Below are positions 57,778 to 64,000 of a DNA stretch of 64,000 nt, piece by piece; position 1 is the first letter of the stretch; each line of letters begins with the position of its first letter. The stretch is from a virus, in IMG/VR virus record IMGVR_UViG_3300036846_000489, positions 11,089-75,088 of that record. One strand, written 5' to 3'. The translations under genes were made by a program, and so were the position numbers. The notes beneath the pieces are model-generated. The model searched no databases. It was not told where the DNA came from and worked only from the letters and a program-made list of their open reading frames with translations.

Positions 57778-58346
57778 TGGAAGTGCAAATTATTCCTGTG
57801 TCCGAGCTTCGCACCCCGGAGAGAAACGTCCGCATTCATCCTGAGCCACAATTGGCCGAACTCGCGCGGGCGCTCACCATGTTTGGCCAGACCCGTCCCA
57901 TCGTGGTCGATGAGAAAAATACCATCCTGATCGGCAACGGCCTCCATTCCGCGATGCAGCGGGTCGGCATGACGCAGGCCAGCGTGTATCGGATGGAAGG
58001 ACTATCCTCGGCACAAAAGCATCGGCTGATGCTGAGCGACAATAAAATCTACCAGCTTGGCCTCGACGACTACGATAGCATCATGGCGCTGGTGAAGAAC
58101 ATTTCCGAGCAAAGCAACCAACTCGACGTTCCCGGCTTCGACGACGACGTGCTCCGCACCTTGCTGGCCGGCGATGCGGCGGCGACACAGGCCGCTCTGG
58201 ACGCCTTCGGTGTGCTTTCCCCGGAGGAGATCACGGCACGACAGCGGGATGGTGCCGTGGAAGGGGAAATCATTGTCTGTCCCCACTGTGGCCAGAGCTT
58301 CACCTACCGGCACGACCGGCGAAAGCGCGGAGATAGCGTCGCATGA
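57777..58346 (+). CDS. ParB/Srx N-terminal domain protein with C-terminal CxxC
   Basis: N.R.H..FGQ.RPIVVD..IL.GNG..L.DNK; CPHCG. Confidence 0.85.
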   Translation: MEVQIIPVSELRTPERNVRIHPEPQLAELARALTMFGQTRPIVVDEKNTILIGNGLHSAMQRVGMTQASVYRMEGLSSAQKHRLMLSDNKIYQLGLDDYDSIMALVKNISEQSNQLDVPGFDDDVLRTLLAGDAAATQAALDAFGVLSPEEITARQRDGAVEGEIIVCPHCGQSFTYRHDRRKRGDSVA

Positions 58347-59605
58347 TGCGGATGAAGGAACTGGCGGTCGATGTGGTAACCGCATCCCGCCAGCGCATCC
58401 GGAATATCTTCGGGAATAACCTGCCGGTCTATCTGTCCTTTTCCGGGGGAAAAGACAGTCTCGCCATCGGCCACGTGGTCGAACAGATGGCACTCTCCGG
58501 AGAGATCGACGCCAAACGGCTCCGCGTGGTATTTATCGACGAAGAGGCGATCTTTCCCTGCGTCGAGCGAACCGTGCTGGAATGGCGGGACAGGTTCCAC
58601 GCTCTCGGTGCCACATTCACGTGGTTCTGCTGCGAGGTTGCCCACTACAATTGCCTGAACCTGCTGGAAAAGGATGAGAGCTTCGTCTGTTGGGACCGGT
58701 ATAAAAAGGACGTATGGGTGCGCCAGCCGCCGGCCTTCGCCGTGCGGAGCCACAGCGTCCTGCCTCCCCGCGAGGAGTGGGCCAACCGGGACACCCGAAA
58801 GACCTATCAGGAATTCCTTGGCAGGATCGCGGACGGCATTCACATGACCGGCCTGCGTGCGGCCGAGAGCATCCAACGCCGCTTCACCCTGGGAATGCTT
58901 CCTCCTTCGGGAATGTCGGCCACCCAGCACACCATCGCACCGCTCTATGACTGGACCGACAAAGATGTGTGGCGCTATCTGGGAGCACACCGGATCAGAA
59001 TTCCCGAAGCCTATTTGTATCTCTATCAGGTTGGGATGCCCAAACATAATCTGCGGATCAGTCAGTTCTTTTCGGTGGACACCGTGCCGCAGTTGTCAAA
59101 GGTCGCGGAATTCTATCCCGGTTTGATGGAGCGAATTCTTCTCCGGGAGCCTTCGGCTTATCTCGTCTCGATGTATTGGGACAGCGAGATGTTCAAGCGC
59201 CGGTCCACCCAGCGGCGGCGGACCGAACAACAGCATCCCGAGACCGTGGCGGAAGACGGCAGCCAGAGAAAGCGGCTGATGGAGCTGATCTCCAACCCGC
59301 CGCCCAGCCTGATCCGGAACCGGGAGGCGCTGTTGAACTATCAGCGTTTTCGTTCCACCGTGCTCAAGTTCGGCAACCTGCTGACCGAGCCGATCTGCCG
59401 GGAATGCGTTCAAGCTTTGCTGTCCGGCGATCCCAAAGGCAGAAGCGCCAGGGCGATTATGCTTCGCATCGTGAAAGAGAATGCCGTCAATGTCATCCGA
59501 GACAGAAATACCCCCGTTGCTGTGGCCGGTGATGCACCCGATGTTGGTTTCGCGGGAATTGGTGATCCCGAACGACTACAACCCGAATATCGTGCTGCGG
59601 AATAA
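58343..59605 (+). CDS. PAPS-reductase-family protein (IbrA/YbdN-like)
   Basis: LSFSGGKDS, FIDEEA, GLRAAES..R, PLYDW..DVW, LRISQFF. Confidence 0.85.
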   Translation: MMRMKELAVDVVTASRQRIRNIFGNNLPVYLSFSGGKDSLAIGHVVEQMALSGEIDAKRLRVVFIDEEAIFPCVERTVLEWRDRFHALGATFTWFCCEVAHYNCLNLLEKDESFVCWDRYKKDVWVRQPPAFAVRSHSVLPPREEWANRDTRKTYQEFLGRIADGIHMTGLRAAESIQRRFTLGMLPPSGMSATQHTIAPLYDWTDKDVWRYLGAHRIRIPEAYLYLYQVGMPKHNLRISQFFSVDTVPQLSKVAEFYPGLMERILLREPSAYLVSMYWDSEMFKRRSTQRRRTEQQHPETVAEDGSQRKRLMELISNPPPSLIRNREALLNYQRFRSTVLKFGNLLTEPICRECVQALLSGDPKGRSARAIMLRIVKENAVNVIRDRNTPVAVAGDAPDVGFAGIGDPERLQPEYRAAE

Positions 59606-60095
59606 TCTGGACCTGCTGCAACGGAGTATTTTGACCAACGGCTGGACCATGCCCATCGTGGTCCGTCCAGACATGACGGTGATCGACGGCTTCCACCGTT
59701 GGCTGGTCTCGGGATCAGAGCCGCTTCACTCCATGCTGCGCGGTCTGGTGCCGGTCGTGGTGGTTGACCACAAGGACGACACCGACAAGAATGTCTACGG
59801 CACCATTACCCACAACCGGGCACGCGGGGTGCATCAGCTTGGCCCGATGAAGGCCATCGTGAAAATGCTCATGTCCGGCGGGAAGACCATCCAAGAGATC
59901 GGCAAGCAACTCGGCATGCGCCCCGAGGAAGTGTTCCGTCTATCCGACTTCTCCAAGGAAGAGTTTCTGGCTCTGATGAGCGCCGACGGCGAGACTTACT
60001 CCCGGCTCTATTCCGGCCAAGGCGACATGAAGAAGGAATTGGAAAATGCCGCCAACGCGCCGTATTCCAAGGCCAAGGTATTCGTGAACCTCTGA
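59481..60095 (+). CDS. ParB-like protein (IbrB/YbdM-like)
   Basis: PNDYNPN..SI..GWT.PIVV..IDGFHR..TI.HNRARG.H..LGM..EEV.RL. Confidence 0.88.
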   Translation: MPSMSSETEIPPLLWPVMHPMLVSRELVIPNDYNPNIVLRNNLDLLQRSILTNGWTMPIVVRPDMTVIDGFHRWLVSGSEPLHSMLRGLVPVVVVDHKDDTDKNVYGTITHNRARGVHQLGPMKAIVKMLMSGGKTIQEIGKQLGMRPEEVFRLSDFSKEEFLALMSADGETYSRLYSGQGDMKKELENAANAPYSKAKVFVNL

Positions 60096-60583
60096 TGGCA
60101 CCACGTCCCGCCTATCGTCTGGTCAAACCGGAAGACCGCAAAAAGGTTGGCCGGCCGCGCTATCAGCCGGAGCCAATGCACCGGCAACTGGTGGAAATCC
60201 TGATCTCACAGGGCGCCTCTGAGGAAGCGATCTGCCGGGAATTGTCGCGGATGGGGTTGCCGGTCAAACATCGTCCCGCGCTCAGAAAAGCCTTCAAGGA
60301 AGAACTGGCGCACGGGAAGGAGCGCCGGGTATTGGCCTACGGCATTAAAATGCACAGCATTGCCATGAGCGACAACGCGGGAAACGTGGCGGCGCTTCGC
60401 TTCATGCTCGGCGTCATTGGTGGCCGTATGTGGCAGAATGTGCCGTGGCGCGATCCCGATGAAATGCCCGAGGTTCCCCAGACCAATCAGGAGGTGGTGC
60501 ACTTCTACATGCCGCCGAACGGCCGCGATCAGCCGGTCGAAGACGAAGACGACGGGCCAATCATCGAGGGCGATCCGCTCTGA
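60095..60583 (+). CDS. terS: Terminase small subunit
   Basis: GRP.Y.P HTH, L.K.F.EEL..G; directly upstream of terL. Confidence 0.75.
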   Translation: MAPRPAYRLVKPEDRKKVGRPRYQPEPMHRQLVEILISQGASEEAICRELSRMGLPVKHRPALRKAFKEELAHGKERRVLAYGIKMHSIAMSDNAGNVAALRFMLGVIGGRMWQNVPWRDPDEMPEVPQTNQEVVHFYMPPNGRDQPVEDEDDGPIIEGDPL

Positions 60584-61977
60584 TGCCCCTGGACATCGGC
60601 ACATACCTGCCGCCAGGACCGAACGAACGGCACATCAAGCCGCAGGCCGGCCCACAGGAAGCCTTCCTGTCCACCGATGCCGACATTGCGATATTCGGTG
60701 GCTCCGCTGGATCAGGGAAGTCCTGGGCGCTGCTGTTGGAGGCGATGCGCTATCCTTCGCACATCCATGGCTTCGACAGCGTGATGTTCCGCAGGAATAC
60801 CACCGACATAAGAAAGCCCGGTGGCCTGTGGTCCGAAAGCATGAAGCTGTTCCCCTACGCCAAGGGGTATCCAACCAGCCAGAACCTCACGTGGCGCTGG
60901 GAGAACGGCGGCTCGGTGAAGCTGTCCCACCTGGAATATGAACACACCGTCCTTGACTGGCACGGCTCTCAGGTGCCCTGCATCTGCTTCGACGAACTGA
61001 CCACGTTCACCAAATACCAGTTCTTCTATCTGCTATCTCGAAACCGTGGGCTGACCGGCATCCGTCCTTACATCCGGGCAAGCTGCAACGCCGACGCCGG
61101 AAGCTGGGTGGCGGAACTGATCCAATGGTGGTGGAACCCGGAAACCGGATACCCAATACCCAACCGGTCGGGTCGGAAAAGATATTTCGTGCGCGGCGGC
61201 GACGATCAACTGATCTGGTTTCCGTCCCGTGCCGCCGCCATGAGCGCCACCGGCCAATCCGCCGAGACCATCAAGAGCCTTACCTTCATCGCCGCCAAGC
61301 TGGCCGACAATCCGGCGCTGATGAAGAACGACCCGCAGTATGTCGGCAACCTGATGATGCTTCCCGCCGTCGAGCGGGAGCGGCTGCTGAATGGCAACTG
61401 GAAAATACGGCCATCGGCTGGGCTGTATTTCAACCGCAGTTGGACCCAGGTTCTCGACATCGCTCCCAGGGTGATCGACGTGTGCCGGGGATGGGACCTC
61501 GCCGCCACACCGGAAACACCGGACAACGATCCCGACTGGACCTGTTCGGTGAAGGTCGGAAGGCTATCGGACGGACGGTATTTGGTCATGGACGCCACCG
61601 CATTTCGTGGCACACCGGCAGAGGTCGAACGCCGGATGTTCAATACCGCCAGTCAGGACGGATATTCCGTCACCGTCAACGTGGCACAAGACCCTGGACA
61701 GGCCGGCAAGGCACAGATCGCTGCCCTGGTGAGAATGCTGTCCGGCTACCGGGTCGAATTCTCTCCCGAGACCGGCGACAAGGTTACTCGCTTCGCGCCA
61801 TTCTCGGCACAGGCCGAGGCCGGCAATATCCTGGTCTTGCGTGGCCCATGGAACGAACGCTGGTTTCAGATGCTCGAAGGCTTTCCCGAGCTTCCCCACG
61901 ATGACGACTGTGACGCCACGGCACGCGCATTCTCATCGGTGGCACAAAGCACACTCAATGAATGGCTGAGGCTGTAG
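60583..61977 (+). CDS. terL: Terminase large subunit
   Basis: PQAGPQ, GGSAGSGKS, FDELT, WDLAAT, HDDDCDA. Confidence 0.95.
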   Translation: MPLDIGTYLPPGPNERHIKPQAGPQEAFLSTDADIAIFGGSAGSGKSWALLLEAMRYPSHIHGFDSVMFRRNTTDIRKPGGLWSESMKLFPYAKGYPTSQNLTWRWENGGSVKLSHLEYEHTVLDWHGSQVPCICFDELTTFTKYQFFYLLSRNRGLTGIRPYIRASCNADAGSWVAELIQWWWNPETGYPIPNRSGRKRYFVRGGDDQLIWFPSRAAAMSATGQSAETIKSLTFIAAKLADNPALMKNDPQYVGNLMMLPAVERERLLNGNWKIRPSAGLYFNRSWTQVLDIAPRVIDVCRGWDLAATPETPDNDPDWTCSVKVGRLSDGRYLVMDATAFRGTPAEVERRMFNTASQDGYSVTVNVAQDPGQAGKAQIAALVRMLSGYRVEFSPETGDKVTRFAPFSAQAEAGNILVLRGPWNERWFQMLEGFPELPHDDDCDATARAFSSVAQSTLNEWLRL

Positions 61978-61979
61978 CA

Positions 61980-63524
61980 ATGTCCGATCAGCCCATTAAA
62001 CCACGGATCAGCGTGCGTGCCGGGACCGGCGAGCGGATGGTCCATGTCAACGACAGCGTGGTCAACTTCGCCGCCCGGATCGGCCTTGGCGCCGGCAACC
62101 TTTTGTCCGAGACCAGCCAGAACTACCTTCCCATCTCCCGGCTTCAGCAACTCATGGAGTGGGCCTACCGTGGCTCCTGGGTGGTCGGTGCCGCCGTGGA
62201 CGTGGTGGCGGACGACATGACCCGTGCCGGCATCCAGATGAACTCGGAGACCCCGCCGGATCAGATCGAACAGATCAACAAGGCCATCCGCGATCTCTAT
62301 CTGTGGCAGAGTTTGAACGAGACGATCAAATGGTCCCGGCTCTACGGCGGCGCGCTCATGGTGCTCGCCATCGAAGGCCAGGACATGGCCACGCCATTGT
62401 TGCCGGATCGGGTGCCACCGGGAGCCTTAAAGGGCTTCATCGTTCTCGACCGCTGGATGGTGCAGCCAAGCTACAGTCTCCTGATCAAGGAATTCGGGCC
62501 GGAATACGGGTTGCCGGTTTACTACGACGTGGTGCAGTCGGCGCCGTTCATGCCCCGCCAGCGTATCCATTATTCCCGCGCTCTGCGCATGGACGGCGTG
62601 ACCTTGCCGTTCCGCCAGAAACTCGCGGAGAACGGTTGGGGCATGTCGGTCATGGAGCGCATCTATGACCGGCTGCTGGCCTTCGACAGCGGCACCATGG
62701 GCGTGAGCCAGTTGCTCTACCGGGCCTATCTGCGGACCTACAAGGTCCATGAATACCGCAAGCTGATCGGTGCCGGCGGCGAACTGGAAGAACGCTTCCA
62801 CCGCACCATGGAATTGATGCGCTACCTTCAGACCAACGAAGGTCTGACGGTGATCGACAAGGAAGACGAGTTTGAAACCCACCAATATTCATTTGCCGGC
62901 GTGGCCGACACCTTGAACATGCTCGGTCAACAGATCGCCGGCGCTCTGGGTATTCCGCTCACCCGCCTGTTCGGTCAGTCGCCGGCTGGCATGAACGCCA
63001 CCGGGGAAAGCGACTGGCGCATCTACGAAAGCATGATCCGCGCGACGCAGGAGGCTCGCTTGCGCCGCCCGATGACCAGAATATTCCATGTCATCTGGCA
63101 AAGCGTGCTCGGCGGAATGCCTCCAAGCACCTGGGATTTCAGCTTCCGATCCATTGACGAACCCGATGAAGCCGCCAAGGCCGAGATTGCCCAGCGCGAC
63201 GCCGACACAATCAAGCTTCTCCACGAAGCCGGCGTCATCAGCACCACCATCGCGCTGAAGGAATTGAAGCAGAACAGCATCCTGACCGGCAGATTTACGA
63301 ACATCACCGACGAAGACATCGCGGCCAGCGAGGAAGCGCCACCACCGTGGTCGCCGGAAGGACAGGCACAACAGCAACAGGCAGCGGGAGGCCCACCAGG
63401 ACAGACCAATCCCTTCGGCGGCGCGGGAGGTGGAGGCAACGAAGGCGGTGGAAGCGCGGGGCCACGCACACCGGGAAGCACACCTCCCTCACCGTCCATG
63501 AGAACGTCCGGTGATACCGCCTAG
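61980..63524 (+). CDS. Portal protein (DUF1073-type)
   Basis: Y..SW..VD..ADDMTR.G; RLYGG; IP.TRLFGQSP.G.NATGESD. Confidence 0.92.
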   Translation: MSDQPIKPRISVRAGTGERMVHVNDSVVNFAARIGLGAGNLLSETSQNYLPISRLQQLMEWAYRGSWVVGAAVDVVADDMTRAGIQMNSETPPDQIEQINKAIRDLYLWQSLNETIKWSRLYGGALMVLAIEGQDMATPLLPDRVPPGALKGFIVLDRWMVQPSYSLLIKEFGPEYGLPVYYDVVQSAPFMPRQRIHYSRALRMDGVTLPFRQKLAENGWGMSVMERIYDRLLAFDSGTMGVSQLLYRAYLRTYKVHEYRKLIGAGGELEERFHRTMELMRYLQTNEGLTVIDKEDEFETHQYSFAGVADTLNMLGQQIAGALGIPLTRLFGQSPAGMNATGESDWRIYESMIRATQEARLRRPMTRIFHVIWQSVLGGMPPSTWDFSFRSIDEPDEAAKAEIAQRDADTIKLLHEAGVISTTIALKELKQNSILTGRFTNITDEDIAASEEAPPPWSPEGQAQQQQAAGGPPGQTNPFGGAGGGGNEGGGSAGPRTPGSTPPSPSMRTSGDTA

Positions 63525-64000
63525 AAAAGAAACACCGAAACAGCGGCAAACAAGGCAGCGCACAGAGCGAGCCATTGCCCGCAGCGAGGAAAACTTCAGT
63601 CTCAGCCGGAATGCCCACAGGTCTTACGGCCGCCAGCTACGCCGGGTCGCCGAACAGATCACCCGGATCATCCAGCATTACCATCCGGAAGGCTCGGACG
63701 CGCCAATACCACCGGGAGCCATGGCACGGATCGAACAGGCCATGGGAAACTACGCCGAAGCCATCACTCCATGGGCACGTGCCAGCGCCGGCAGGATGAT
63801 CGCCGAGGTGAACCGTCGCGACCTGACCGCTTGGCGCCGGCACACCACCGGCATGGCCTCTGGTATTCGCGAGATGCTGGCCTCTGCCCCGATAGGAGCC
63901 AAGGTCCAGGCGTTGTTACAGCAACAAGTGGACCTGATCACATCGCTTCCCTCTGAAGCCGCTCAAAGAGTGCAGCAGAAGTCACTGGAAAGTATGGAGA
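63511..64000 (+). CDS. Minor head/morphogenesis protein (gpF-like), 3'-truncated
   Basis: GTG 63511 open to window end: Y.RQLRRVA..PWA..QVDLITSLP.EAAQRV. Confidence 0.8.
   Translation, partial: MIPPRKETPKQRQTRQRTERAIARSEENFSLSRNAHRSYGRQLRRVAEQITRIIQHYHPEGSDAPIPPGAMARIEQAMGNYAEAITPWARASAGRMIAEVNRRDLTAWRRHTTGMASGIREMLASAPIGAKVQALLQQQVDLITSLPSEAAQRVQQKSLESME

Noticed and set aside
61980-63524. Anti-CBASS Acb1 label sometimes attached to this family
   Set aside because: Position after terL and its motifs indicate a portal; no phosphoesterase HxT motifs evident

Overview
This window is most of the genome of a GC-rich tailed dsDNA phage with a contractile tail (DUF3383-type sheath, DUF3277-type tube, baseplate J/DUF2612). 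It is circularly permuted: the window opens inside a fibre gene and ends inside the gpF-like minor head gene. Capsid, protease, lysin and integrase genes are not seen. GcrA, GapR-like, DUF3309 and PEP-CTERM genes point to an alphaproteobacterial host. Layout: fibres/neck/tail/baseplate (1-26.1 kb, +); recombination and host-takeover genes (26.2-32.2 kb, -); Cro-like, RuvC-like and primase-helicase replication arm (32.3-39.4 kb, +); a ~13 kb array of small early genes (39.75-52.1 kb, -); PEP-CTERM, lipoprotein and GC-rich switch region (52.9-56.1 kb); a cupin / 2x PAPS-reductase / 2x ParB module, then terminase and portal (56.2-64 kb, +). The most striking feature is an apparent RNA-level control system built around the early array. 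It has a consensus sigma70 promoter, a boxA-like site and a ~680-nt structured leader. Sixteen covarying intergenic hairpins plus a branched variant follow, most starting at or next to the upstream stop codon, and most able to refold into an alternative hairpin. A standardised extended RBS (AAGGACAC(C)A..ATG) precedes ~16 genes. At the far end, a convergent non-coding RNA displays the complement of that RBS in a bulge and shares a 21-nt motif with the leader. All family assignments are from motif recognition by eye, not database searches.
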